The notes beneath the pieces were generated by a model. It saw only the letters and a list, made by a program, of their open reading frames with translations, was not told the DNA's origin and ran no database searches. From positions 11,506 to 75,505 of IMG/VR virus record IMGVR_UViG_3300036791_001355: a DNA stretch of 64,000 bases; one strand, 5' to 3'. The stretch comes from a virus. How positions within the stretch are numbered: position 1 is the stretch's first letter; every line of letters begins with the position of its first letter. This document shows positions 9,572-17,698 of this stretch, one piece after another. A program made the translations under genes and the position numbers.

Positions 9572-11124
9572 GGGTGTGGGCCTGTGGCGACATAGGCGAA
9601 CAGCGGGAGGTCGTCCTCGACGCGCTGCTTGGCCATGGCGCAGTAGGTGGGGTTGAGGTCGATGCCGATGGCGTGGCGCTGGAGTCTATCGGCGGCGAGG
9701 AGGGTGGTACCGGCGCCTGAGAAGCAATCTAAAACTACACAGGGAACCGGAGCAGGAGTTGTCCACTCCATGCGTGATCCACAGTGTGGGCATTGCCGCG
9801 CATCGGAAACGTCCTCTGACAATGAGGGCAGGTCACAATGTAGACGGGCCTCTTTGCCCCGTCGTGCTGTCTCTTTTCCATCAGTTCCAGATTGCTGAGG
9901 CGATTGTCGAGCCTGTTGCCATTCTTGTGGTGGACCACCTCGGCCGAGGTCAGAAGCCTGCCCAGCTTCTTCTCCATAACCAGCCGATGCTCCATCACGT
10001 AGCCATCGCCCGTTGCATTCGGATGGCCCTTCCGAAGAAGCATCCGGTAACCCTTTGAGGTTACTGTCCACCCCTTCGTTGTGGAGCGATTGGCCGCTGT
10101 CCACCTTTGAGCACAAAGCCTCGAACAGCATTTCTGCCTGCTGGCCACTGGCTGAAACAGGATCGCGCATTGGCTGCATTTGATCGGCTGAAGAATGCGT
10201 CGTCCTGGCATCCTTATGGTCTAGCACGGCCTCACATTTGACACACCGGTATTCATGGCATGGGCAGGCGGGTGTCCAGCCGGTGGTGAGGCGTTGTATG
10301 GGCTCGTTGTAGGCGTTGCCTGCGGTGCCGCGTGAGTGCCGTGCCTCTTGCTTTGGTCCCATCCAGTGATCGTGGCGGCGGTAGGTGATTTCGCTCTGGC
10401 GTATCCATGGGGCACCGCACTGGGCACAGCAGCCGTGCTCGGAGGTTCCGGCCTTGATGCATCGCTCGGCCAGTTCGGGCGGCATGGTGGCGAAGTGAGC
10501 GGCGCTATAGGAGGTGGTGGCGATGGTCCACACGTTGCGGGCGTTGGCGCCCAGAGGATTGAGGGTGACCATGGCGTCCTTGCCGCCCAGGGCGATGCGG
10601 GCGCCGCGCTCGCCGGTCATGGTGTGGCTGAAGCCGTTCACCGGGGAGCGGGCGCGCTCGATGCTATTGGCTTGGTGCGGCTCGCGGATGGCGTCGGCGT
10701 CGTAGAAATATCTGGGCTGTTTGGTGAGCAGGAAGATGTGCTCGTGGGCTGAGGTCGGGCGGTCGGTGATGGATTCCGGCATGGGATTCGGTTTGCACCA
10801 GATGATGTCCGAGCGCAGGTACCACCCGTCCGCTTGGAGCGCGAGGGCGACGCGGGCGGGCATTAGCTGCAGCTGCTTGTTGGTGTGGCCGTCGCCCAGG
10901 TTCAGCCACAAGGTGCCATCGGGGCGGAGAATGCGGCGCACCTCGCGGAAGACCGCGACCAGGGTGGTGATATAGGCCTCTGGCGTAGCTTCCAAGCCGA
11001 TCTGGGCGGCCATGCCATAGTTCCTGTGCCCGTAGTAAGGGGGGCTGGTGACACAGCTGTGGACGCTGCTTGCGGGCAGGGTGGGCAGGATGGTGCGGCA
11101 GTCGCCTTGCAGCAGGCGATTCAC
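9568..11124 (-). CDS. DNA methyltransferase, N4-cytosine/N6-adenine (beta-type order), with large in-frame insertion
   Basis: TSPPY catalytic motif, [44 protein letters not shown] motif; GTG start at 11124. Confidence 0.9.
   Translation of the reverse strand: MNRLLQGDCRTILPTLPASSVHSCVTSPPYYGHRNYGMAAQIGLEATPEAYITTLVAVFREVRRILRPDGTLWLNLGDGHTNKQLQLMPARVALALQADGWYLRSDIIWCKPNPMPESITDRPTSAHEHIFLLTKQPRYFYDADAIREPHQANSIERARSPVNGFSHTMTGERGARIALGGKDAMVTLNPLGANARNVWTIATTSYSAAHFATMPPELAERCIKAGTSEHGCCAQCGAPWIRQSEITYRRHDHWMGPKQEARHSRGTAGNAYNEPIQRLTTGWTPACPCHEYRCVKCEAVLDHKDARTTHSSADQMQPMRDPVSASGQQAEMLFEALCSKVDSGQSLHNEGVDSNLKGLPDASSEGPSECNGRWLRDGASAGYGEEAGQASDLGRGGPPQEWQQARQSPQQSGTDGKETARRGKEARLHCDLPSLSEDVSDARQCPHCGSRMEWTTPAPVPCVVLDCFSGAGTTLLAADRLQRHAIGIDLNPTYCAMAKQRVEDDLPLFAYVATGPHP
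9735..10211 (-). CDS. HNH homing endonuclease nested in an alternative frame of the methyltransferase
   Basis: CxxC...[42 protein letters not shown] (HNH_3-type), C-terminal CPHC. Confidence 0.85.
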   Translation of the reverse strand: MPGRRILQPIKCSQCAILFQPVASRQKCCSRLCAQRWTAANRSTTKGWTVTSKGYRMLLRKGHPNATGDGYVMEHRLVMEKKLGRLLTSAEVVHHKNGNRLDNRLSNLELMEKRQHDGAKRPVYIVTCPHCQRTFPMRGNAHTVDHAWSGQLLLRFPV

Positions 11125-11177
11125 AGGAGCGAGATTTCGAGCGACCCTCGCTGCGAGAGCGAGGCTTCGAGCAACCC
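11124..11177 (-). repeat. dimer of the 24-nt element joined by CAGCG
   Basis: minus strand GGGTTGCTCGAAGCCTCGCTCTCG-CAGCG-AGGGTCGCTCGAAATCTCGCTCCTG; fills the gap before the MTase. Confidence 0.85.
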
Positions 11178-11180
11178 CAC

Positions 11181-11468
11181 CTACGCGACCTGACGGGTGA
11201 CGCGCCCCGGTGGGTTGTCGATCAGGCTCAGCCACTGAGAGACGGCGGGCGTGCCGTGCAGGCGGTCAAGGCCGCGCAGCCAGGAGGCCAGGGCAGCGTC
11301 GATGGGTTCACGGCCGCGCAGCTGCTTGCGGGTGAAGCTGTCGTCGCGCTGCGCCATTTGCCACAATAACGTCTGGGACCAGCCGAGACGGGTGAGGATG
11401 GCGCGGGCTTCGTCGGGGGTCATGATCATGGGGGTCATGGCGTGATCCCATAGCATCGGGAGAGGCAT
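11181..11468 (-). CDS. small HTH-like protein
   Basis: MTPDEARAILTRLGWSQTLL...GREPI pattern; start uncertain. Confidence 0.5.
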   Translation of the reverse strand: MPLPMLWDHAMTPMIMTPDEARAILTRLGWSQTLLWQMAQRDDSFTRKQLRGREPIDAALASWLRGLDRLHGTPAVSQWLSLIDNPPGRVTRQVA

Positions 11469-11499
11469 TCCTGCCCCTCCTTTTGCTCTCTCTGGCGGT

Positions 11500-12636
11500 T
11501 CAGGCTGCCAGTCCGGGTGCGAAGCTTTGAGCACCCCTCAGCGGGTCGCCCTTGTGGGTGGCGATGGCCTGCCACTCGTGCGGGGACAACTCGATGATCT
11601 GGCCACCCATCTTCTCGAACTCCGACGCCCGGTCGTAGGCGGGGAGGTCTTCGGCGGTGCGGGTGATGGCGTTGAACAAGCCATAGCGGGTCAGGCTGGC
11701 GCCCTCGATGAGGTGGCGCAGGACGCTGGAGCGCTCGCCGTCGTTCATGCCGAACCGCTTGGCCGTGAACTCGACCACCTTGACCGGGTCCGCCTCGATC
11801 TTCTCGGCCACGGTGCCGGTGATCTGGTCGATGCGGGCGGCGAAGCGAGCCTCGTCGAAAGCCCCCTTCACGACGTCGCGTACCTGCGACCAGATGGCCG
11901 CGTCGGTCAGCCTCTTGGTCTCGTCGGACAGCAACTCCATGATGCTATCGGTGGACACCAGTTCGTGGCGGGCACCGACGTGACGGCGCTTCATGCCCTC
12001 GTTGGCAAACACGGCCAAGTTCGTGCAGGCCCGCGTCCACACCCCGGTTTCGACCGAGAGGCTGCCGGCACCGACTTCCGAGTTGGAGATGACGATGGCG
12101 GGCACGCAGGTGTCGAAGATGGTGTGGCTGCCGTCACCCATGCGGCCGCCCTTGGGGATATCGCGGTTGATGCGGTGGTCGCACGCCTTGAGGTAGAGCT
12201 TGCGCTCGGTAATCTCGCAACTGATGACCTCCAGCTGGCAATCAGCCAGCACGGGCAGGATGGCCTCGGCGAGGTCCAAGTTTTCCAACGGCCGGTACTT
12301 GTCGGAGAGGAAAGCGCGGGTGACGCCGTCCATGGTGCGGACGAGGCGCTTGTCGTCAGTCTTGAGCCACGTATTGACGTTGTGGGCCAGCAGGTCCGGG
12401 TTGGTGGTGCGGCAGCGGTCGTAGTACTTGGTCGGGATGCCGGTGTAGACACCGATCTGGTCGTGGGCGATCTCATTGATGCCGAAGATGTTGGCGGAGC
12501 CGCCTACCATGAGGCGAGGCTCCTGACCCCACACGCCCATCTCGATGGCGGTGGCGGGGGCGACGAGGTCACGCTTGGCGTTGGCCTGCCGCTCGATTTC
12601 GGCGGCGAGTTCGGAAATAGAGCGTCCGACTTTCAT
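11500..12636 (-). CDS. DUF932-family protein
   Basis: RAFLSDKYRPLEN, ISNSEVGAGSL, CTNL, RRHVG, LFNAITRTA; start at ATG 12636 after the leader cassette. Confidence 0.8.
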   Translation of the reverse strand: MKVGRSISELAAEIERQANAKRDLVAPATAIEMGVWGQEPRLMVGGSANIFGINEIAHDQIGVYTGIPTKYYDRCRTTNPDLLAHNVNTWLKTDDKRLVRTMDGVTRAFLSDKYRPLENLDLAEAILPVLADCQLEVISCEITERKLYLKACDHRINRDIPKGGRMGDGSHTIFDTCVPAIVISNSEVGAGSLSVETGVWTRACTNLAVFANEGMKRRHVGARHELVSTDSIMELLSDETKRLTDAAIWSQVRDVVKGAFDEARFAARIDQITGTVAEKIEADPVKVVEFTAKRFGMNDGERSSVLRHLIEGASLTRYGLFNAITRTAEDLPAYDRASEFEKMGGQIIELSPHEWQAIATHKGDPLRGAQSFAPGLAA

Positions 12637-12742
12637 AGGGATACCCCTTTCTGGGTAAGCGCTGGGGCGGGATTGCCCTCTGGCCGGTCCCTGTGTAGCC
12701 GGTATGGTGTGGCGATGCAAGTGGAATATTTGCGCGTTTAGG
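12637..12742 (-). promoter_or_regulatory. early promoter/leader cassette P1
   Basis: GCAAATATT box, TTGCAT-17bp-TACACA, hairpin GGGC-AATCCC-GCCC, AGGG-GTAT-CCCT before ATG. Confidence 0.7.
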
Positions 12743-12833
12743 CAAGTTTTTTCTTGCCTCCTCGGGCGGGCTCCTTTAGATATGGCGTTGCCGCCAGGGA
12801 TGGTCCCGGCGGGCTTCAGACAGGGGTTTCCCG
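12740..12833 (+). promoter_or_regulatory. early promoter/leader cassette P2
   Basis: TTGCCT(12754)-17bp-TAGATA(12777); CCGCC-A-GGGA-tgg-TCCC-GGCGG; CAGACAGGGGTTTCCCG-ATG. Confidence 0.75.
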
Positions 12834-13028
12834 ATGGCCTCCTCAGCCGCTCACATCCAAGCCTGCCAAGCCACTCTCGCCCGCATCCTCGCGCTGCGCC
12901 CCGCGCTGCACCGCATCAGCGACCGCAAGATGAACCAGCTGGTCGCCATGATTGACCGCGTGGTGCGCGACGCCACCGCCGCCGGCTGGTCGCAGGACCG
13001 CATCGTCAACTACCTCGACAACCTGTGA
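12834..13028 (+). CDS. hypothetical early protein (64 aa)
   Basis: first ATG after P2. Confidence 0.65.
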   Translation: MASSAAHIQACQATLARILALRPALHRISDRKMNQLVAMIDRVVRDATAAGWSQDRIVNYLDNL

Positions 13029-13044
13029 GGGGGAGGGCTAAGCC

Positions 13045-13308
13045 ATGAATGCTTTCGATCTTCGCGGCGGCTACACGCAGGAGCAGCTTGACGCTGCCTT
13101 CACCCTGGTGGCGCCGAGCGACAACTGGAAGCTGCCCGTCAACACCTTCCTGCCGGGCGATCTCAGCGTGCCTGAACTGGCCCTGCTGACCTTCGCGGTG
13201 CCGTTCTACACCGGCAGCGTGCCGACCCTGACCCGCTGCCGCGATGCCTGGGGCGTACTGGGCTGGCGGGTCACGGCGGACGGCTACTACGCCACCGTGG
13301 GGGCCTGA
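13045..13308 (+). CDS. hypothetical early protein (87 aa)
   Basis: GGAGG RBS; operon packing. Confidence 0.7.
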   Translation: MNAFDLRGGYTQEQLDAAFTLVAPSDNWKLPVNTFLPGDLSVPELALLTFAVPFYTGSVPTLTRCRDAWGVLGWRVTADGYYATVGA

Positions 13309-13310
13309 CC

Positions 13311-13559
13311 ATGGGCCTCCCCCCGATGACCCGCGAGGAAGCCTACGGCGTCGAGATCACCACCGTGAACGGCGAGGTCGCGGTGCTGCCGCACACCATG
13401 CACGTGAAGCAGCAGCACGCGCTGGTGGCGCTGACCAATCTGCGCTGGGGCTACCGGCACGCGCCGCCCACGCACTGGTGGCATCAGGTCAAGCACGCCC
13501 GCGTGGTGCGGGTGCAACTGTCGTGGCACATCAAGGAGAGCAGCAATGTCGCTGAGTGA
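13311..13559 (+). CDS. hypothetical early protein (82 aa)
   Basis: operon packing. Confidence 0.6.
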   Translation: MGLPPMTREEAYGVEITTVNGEVAVLPHTMHVKQQHALVALTNLRWGYRHAPPTHWWHQVKHARVVRVQLSWHIKESSNVAE

Positions 13560-13773
13560 GCATTTTCGCCGGGACAATACCGAGGGCTATGACGCGGCCG
13601 ATCTGGCGGCGCTGAACGCGGCCTGGACGCGCATCACCGCACATGGCGCACCGGGTGAGGACGAGGACGACATCGGCGTACGGTCGATGCTCAACCACTG
13701 GGGCGAGCAGCTGCTGGCCGCGTATGATGCCGGGCGGCGCGGTGATGACCTCGTGGCATGGTTCTATCAATGA
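13546..13773 (+). CDS. hypothetical early protein (75 aa)
   Basis: AAGGAG RBS; FRRDNTEGYDAADLAALNAA. Confidence 0.65.
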   Translation: MSLSEHFRRDNTEGYDAADLAALNAAWTRITAHGAPGEDEDDIGVRSMLNHWGEQLLAAYDAGRRGDDLVAWFYQ

Positions 13774-13940
13774 CCCGCCGCATCATCCAGATCGCCGTCT
13801 CGCCGGGCCGCCATGGCGAACCGGACACCTTGTACGCGCTGACCGATATGAGCGAGGTGTGGGAACTCAGCGGCGGCCATTGGTCGCGCCTGGAGCCGCT
13901 GCCGCCGGACGAGCGATGGCCGCATGGCAACCCTGCCTAA
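13770..13940 (+). CDS. hypothetical early protein
   Basis: ATGA overlap; MTRRIIQIAV...LYALTD...W. Confidence 0.6.
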   Translation: MTRRIIQIAVSPGRHGEPDTLYALTDMSEVWELSGGHWSRLEPLPPDERWPHGNPA

Positions 13941-13946
13941 ATGCGT

Positions 13947-14050
13947 GCCTAAATACGCAAATATTCCGCTTGCATTGTCAGCGCCGCCGGGCTAGAAAGC
14001 CTCTGCCGCCAGGGACTGGCCCGGCGGCTTATCAGATCGGGTTTAACCCA
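13947..14050 (+). promoter_or_regulatory. early promoter/leader cassette P3
   Basis: GCAAATATT, TTGCAT(13970)-17bp-TAGAAA(13993); GCCGCC-A-GGG-actgg-CCC-GGCGGC; CAGATCGGGTTTAACCCA-ATG. Confidence 0.75.
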
Positions 14051-14266
14051 ATGGCTCGCGTAACCTCCCGCACATGGATGCGAGTGATGGCCGGACTCTA
14101 TCGCTACGGCGACTGGACCATCGGCCGGAACGAGGACAGCAACCCTGGCTACTACTGGTCGATCCACCATCCCGACCGGGGCGAGTTCTACGCCCACACG
14201 CTGAAGGAGGCGAAGGCTGCTGCCCTGCGTGCCGACCGTGAGTGGCAGCATTCGGTGGAGGGCTGA
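14051..14266 (+). CDS. hypothetical early protein
   Basis: first ATG after P3; TLKEAKAAA. Confidence 0.65.
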   Translation: MARVTSRTWMRVMAGLYRYGDWTIGRNEDSNPGYYWSIHHPDRGEFYAHTLKEAKAAALRADREWQHSVEG

Positions 14267-14269
14267 GCC

Positions 14270-14503
14270 ATGACAAACTATCTCACCGCCAGCACCGCCG
14301 GCTGGTATTGGCTGACCTACCGCACCGCCGATGGCGCCCCCGGCTATACTTGGCCCCACCCTGACGGCCGCTTTTGCTTCTACTGGGAGCCGTCCTGGCA
14401 AGCCTGGAGCGAGACGCGCAAGCGCGACTCGTACGTCTTGCTGCACCCCAACAATGGCTGGCGTCTCGAAGGGCCGGCCCAGGAGGAGGACGCGGCGCCA
14501 TGA
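14270..14503 (+). CDS. hypothetical Trp-rich early protein (77 aa)
   Basis: GGAGG RBS; operon packing. Confidence 0.6.
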   Translation: MTNYLTASTAGWYWLTYRTADGAPGYTWPHPDGRFCFYWEPSWQAWSETRKRDSYVLLHPNNGWRLEGPAQEEDAAP

Positions 14504-14748
14504 CGACCCCCACCTATCGCGTCTGGTGCGTGGTCAGCGGCGGCGTCACCGGCACCCGGCAGGCGTGGCTGAAGGACGGCGACGGGCTGGTCCGCGAATG
14601 GACCGACCGGGCCGAGGCCGAAAGGCAAGCCAACGTGCTGACGCGGCGAATGAACTATCATCCGCTCGCCAAGGCGACGTTTCAGTATCTGGTCCGGAAA
14701 TCGCCCGACTACAGCATGCTGTCCGACAAACCAAGCTGGGAGAACTGA
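14500..14748 (+). CDS. hypothetical early protein
   Basis: ATGA overlap; YRVWCVVSGGVTGTRQAWLK. Confidence 0.65.
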   Translation: MTTPTYRVWCVVSGGVTGTRQAWLKDGDGLVREWTDRAEAERQANVLTRRMNYHPLAKATFQYLVRKSPDYSMLSDKPSWEN

Positions 14749-14752
14749 GCCG

Positions 14753-14851
14753 ATGGACCCGCTCGGCCTCGCCCTCGGCCTGCTGCTGCTCGTTCTCGTG
14801 GCGCTGATTCTGACCGCTAACCCCAATCAACGAGGACACTCAATACCATGA
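14753..14851 (+). CDS. tiny single-TM peptide (32 aa)
   Basis: hand translation MDPLGLALGLLLLVLVALILTANPNQRGHSIP; GGGAG RBS. Confidence 0.45.
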   Translation: MDPLGLALGLLLLVLVALILTANPNQRGHSIP

Positions 14852-15255
14852 TGATCAACGTACGAGCCCTTGGCGTCACTGTCGTATTGCTTGGCGGCGC
14901 ATGGGCTGCGAGCGTCGCCTCGCACAGTCCCCCAGCCAGCAATCTGCCGGTATTCGGAGCCAGCGATATTGCTGCCATCATCGAAGCAAGCCAGAGACAG
15001 GAACCGCTTTTCAACCGCGACTACAAAAACCGGGCCTTCTCGGCCTCTGGTCTCGTGAAGGAAATCACTTCGGATCTGGGCGGCGGCTACATGGTCTCCG
15101 TAGACGTTCGTGGCAGCACCGTCCTTTGTTCGCTCGACGGCACGAGGTACGATCTCGCGAGCCTCGCCCTCAATAGCCGGGTCAGCATCACCGGCACGAT
15201 TCGCTTCACGGTCTTGGGCCATTTGTCCATCAGCGAATGCAACATGCGTGCGTAA
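14848..15255 (+). CDS. exported OB-fold-like protein
   Basis: signal-like N-terminus; YKNRAFSASGLVKEITSDLGGGYMVSV...RVSITGTI; lower GC. Confidence 0.55.
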   Translation: MMINVRALGVTVVLLGGAWAASVASHSPPASNLPVFGASDIAAIIEASQRQEPLFNRDYKNRAFSASGLVKEITSDLGGGYMVSVDVRGSTVLCSLDGTRYDLASLALNSRVSITGTIRFTVLGHLSISECNMRA

Positions 15256-15258
15256 AAA

Positions 15259-15356
15259 GGCAAATATTTCACTTGCCCTGGCATCGCCACTAGGCTAGAA
15301 ACTACCTGCCGCCAGGGAATCCTCCCGGTGGCGAACATCAGACTGGGGACACCCCG
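15259..15356 (+). promoter_or_regulatory. early promoter/leader cassette P4
   Basis: GGCAAATATT, TTGCCC(15273)-17bp-TAGAAA(15296); GCCGCC-A-GGGA-atcc-TCCC-GGTGGC; CAGACTGGGGACACCCCG-ATG. Confidence 0.75.
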
Positions 15357-15560
15357 ATGAGCTTTTCCCTCCACGCCGAAGCCAAGGCCCTCGCCGCCCG
15401 CGTCCGTGCCCTGGCCAACCAGCGCGACGCCGACTTCATCCAGAGCGCCGATCCCCGCGCCTTGCAGGGCGGCGCCATCAGCTGGGACGCCCACGAAATC
15501 CACGAAATTGCCGATCAGCTGCTCGACGTCGCCCTCCAGCTTGAGAACGTGGAGGGCTGA
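15357..15560 (+). CDS. hypothetical early protein (67 aa)
   Basis: first ATG after P4. Confidence 0.65.
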   Translation: MSFSLHAEAKALAARVRALANQRDADFIQSADPRALQGGAISWDAHEIHEIADQLLDVALQLENVEG

Positions 15561-15563
15561 GCC

Positions 15564-15650
15564 GTGACCACCGCCTTCGTCCTCATCGCCCTGATTTTCG
15601 TCATTCTCGCTGTCTTCAGCGTCCTTTCGTCCCTCGGCAGGGAGGGCTGA
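15564..15650 (+). CDS. tiny single-TM peptide (28 aa)
   Basis: GTG after GGAGG; MTTAFVLIALIFVILAVFSVLSSLGREG. Confidence 0.5.
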   Translation: MTTAFVLIALIFVILAVFSVLSSLGREG

Positions 15651-15653
15651 GCG

Positions 15654-15785
15654 GTGCACTTCCTTTTCACCGTGGCCTGGATCATCGGCGGCTTCGCCCT
15701 GTCCGTGCTGCTCGCCTTCGGCCTGTCGGCCTCCGCCATCGTCGCGCACGCTGTCATCGCGCGGCACCGGAGGAGCACGCCATGA
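15654..15785 (+). CDS. tiny hydrophobic peptide (43 aa)
   Basis: GTG after GGAGG; hydrophobic stretch then RHRR. Confidence 0.5.
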   Translation: MHFLFTVAWIIGGFALSVLLAFGLSASAIVAHAVIARHRRSTP

Positions 15786-15946
15786 CCTTCATGGAGTTCT
15801 GGCGTGCCCTCAACCTCGCACTCACCGCCCGTGGCGAGCCCGAGGCGCTGTGGAGCGAAGCCCGCGAGTGGTACGCGTGGCGCCCGGTCAAGCTCGTCGA
15901 TACCCGCCTCGTCAACCGCGTCATCAACGCGCGGCGGCCGCTGTGA
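15782..15946 (+). CDS. hypothetical protein (54 aa)
   Basis: ATGA overlap, GGAGGAG RBS; MTFMEFWRALN... Confidence 0.55.
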   Translation: MTFMEFWRALNLALTARGEPEALWSEAREWYAWRPVKLVDTRLVNRVINARRPL

Positions 15947-16464
15947 CCGGCACCCCCCGCCTGCGCTGCTGGGACGGCAAGACCCAGATGGCCTGGGTCT
16001 ACGACGACGGCGGCCGGGCTGCCGCCGGCTTCAAGGGCCGCTCCGCCGACTGCGTCGCGCGTGCCATCGCCATTGCCACCGGCACGCCCTATCGCGCGGT
16101 CTACGACGCCCTCAACGCGCTGGCCCAGCGTGAGCGACCGAGGCAAGGCAAGGCCCGTTCAGCGGCCCGCACGGGCGTCCGCAAGACCATCTACCGGCCC
16201 TACCTCGAAGCGCTGGGCTGGCGCTGGGTGCCGACCATGCGGCTGGGCCGGGGCGCCACCGTGCATCTGTGCGAGGAGGAACTACCGACCGGCCGCCTGA
16301 TCGTCAGCGTCAGCCGTCACCTGACGGCGGTGATCGACCACGTCGTGCACGACAGCCACGACCCCCAGCGGGCTGGCGTCGAGACCGTCAACGGCAGCGA
16401 CCGCATCATCCGCCGCTGCGTCTACGGCTACTTCACCAAATCGGCGACGCGAGTCGCATCTTAG
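15943..16464 (+). CDS. conserved phage protein with DCVARAIAIA motif (possible Cys/His peptidase-like fold)
   Basis: YDDGGRAAAGFKG..DCVARAIAIATG...SRHLTAVID..VHD; start may be ATG 15988. Confidence 0.65.
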   Translation: MTGTPRLRCWDGKTQMAWVYDDGGRAAAGFKGRSADCVARAIAIATGTPYRAVYDALNALAQRERPRQGKARSAARTGVRKTIYRPYLEALGWRWVPTMRLGRGATVHLCEEELPTGRLIVSVSRHLTAVIDHVVHDSHDPQRAGVETVNGSDRIIRRCVYGYFTKSATRVAS

Positions 16465-16475
16465 GGAGGACCGCC

Positions 16476-16868
16476 ATGTGGATCTGTCTGTCTGACGCCT
16501 TCCTGTCCGTGGTGCAGCATCCCCAGTCGCCCCGGCGGCTGATGGTGCGGGCACGGGCACGGGGCGACATCACCCGGGTGTTTCCGCAGGCGCGGGTGCA
16601 CCATACGCCGCAGCGCGACTATCCGTGGCGGGCCTACCTGTCGCGGCAGGCGGTGGCCGACGCCGTGGCCCGCGAGGTGCGCGACATCGACTACACCAAC
16701 TTCAAGGACTCGGTGCCCGAGGACGCCCGCCACGACGCCTATACGGCCGTGTGGGTGACCATGCTGGACTGGTCGCACGGACGCTTCCGCCGCCGTCCAG
16801 CGCCCGCCTGGGAGCCGCTGGAGCAACCCTGGGCCGATGAACCGCCGTGTCTGTGGGGCAAGCCATGA
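16476..16868 (+). CDS. conserved hypothetical protein
   Basis: MWICLSDAFLSVV...LMVRAR...DYPWRA...IDYTNFKDSV; GGGAGG RBS. Confidence 0.7.
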   Translation: MWICLSDAFLSVVQHPQSPRRLMVRARARGDITRVFPQARVHHTPQRDYPWRAYLSRQAVADAVAREVRDIDYTNFKDSVPEDARHDAYTAVWVTMLDWSHGRFRRRPAPAWEPLEQPWADEPPCLWGKP

Positions 16869-17071
16869 GCCCGCACAAGATCGAGCGCACCATCCGCGCC
16901 CTGGGCTGGAGCGTCGAGCGCACCCACGGCGGCCACTACGTGTGCCGCCATCCCGACGCCGCCTATCCCGTCTATGCCGCCGCCACGCCGTCCTGCCACC
17001 TGTTTTTCGCCAACCTCAAGGCCGAGTTCCGGCGCGCGCTGCGGGCCAAACGATCCAAGGAGACCGCGTGA
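16865..17071 (+). CDS. HicA-like small protein
   Basis: ALGWSVERTHGGHY...V..AATPS...N..AEFRR matches the HicA-type pattern. Confidence 0.6.
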   Translation: MSPHKIERTIRALGWSVERTHGGHYVCRHPDAAYPVYAAATPSCHLFFANLKAEFRRALRAKRSKETA

Positions 17072-17235
17072 TGGTCAGCCGTAAGTTACTCCATCTCGAA
17101 AAGCACCTGCGCGACAAGGCCGCCGAGGGCATGCCGCTGACGCCATACGAGATGCGACATGTGGCCGATATTCTCGCCGCCATGCGCGAACTGGTGCTGC
17201 AAATGGAACTGCTGCGGGTGGACCCTGAGGCCTGA
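17071..17235 (+). CDS. hypothetical protein
   Basis: TGATG coupling, AAGGAG RBS. Confidence 0.55.
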   Translation: MVSRKLLHLEKHLRDKAAEGMPLTPYEMRHVADILAAMRELVLQMELLRVDPEA

Positions 17236-17239
17236 GCAT

Positions 17240-17347
17240 TTATTTGCCTAGCCGTGATATTTGCCTATTGCATGTCGTAAGGAGATAGGGTAGATAATGC
17301 CTCACCGGCAGGGGTGGTCCCGCCGGCCGCACACAGGGGTTTCCCGA
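17240..17347 (+). promoter_or_regulatory. early promoter/leader cassette P5
   Basis: two TATTTGCCTA boxes, TTGCAT(17268)-17bp-TAGATA(17291); CCGGC-A-GGGG-tgg-TCCC-GCCGG; CACACAGGGGTTTCCCG-ATG. Confidence 0.75.
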
Positions 17348-17408
17348 TGCTTCAGATGCCCGCTCTTCTCGCCCTCCAGGCGACCCTCGTGTGCCAGGAG
17401 GCGGCGTG

Positions 17409-17696
17409 ATGAACATCCAAACCAACAACTGGATCAGCGGCCTGTGGATGGCCTGGGATGACGACACCGATGACGGCGCCCTGGACAGCCAGTGGCGCCG
17501 CATCGCCACCGGCCTTTCCGAGGCCGAGGCGGTCGCCACCCTGCTGCGGCAGCTGTCGGATCAGGACATCGACTGGCTGGCATGGGAGGTCCGCGCTGGC
17601 CACCACGCCGCCTGGGCGGAACTGATCGCGGCCGAGGACGACAGCCGCGCCGCACTCAACCCCCACCAGTGCCTCGACTACGGCAAGGGCCTCTGA
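17409..17696 (+). CDS. hypothetical acidic protein
   Basis: AGGAGG RBS; preceded by a 20-codon mini-ORF at 17348-17410. Confidence 0.6.
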   Translation: MNIQTNNWISGLWMAWDDDTDDGALDSQWRRIATGLSEAEAVATLLRQLSDQDIDWLAWEVRAGHHAAWAELIAAEDDSRAALNPHQCLDYGKGL

Positions 17697-17698
17697 CC

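Noticed and set aside
9750-10260. Intein in the methyltransferase
   Set aside because: No splicing blocks or terminal His-Asn, and the endonuclease is in a different frame.
9568-11124. Restriction-modification system (MTase plus HNH)
   Set aside because: The HNH resembles phage homing endonucleases and appears inserted; an orphan MTase is simpler, although R-M activity is not formally excluded.
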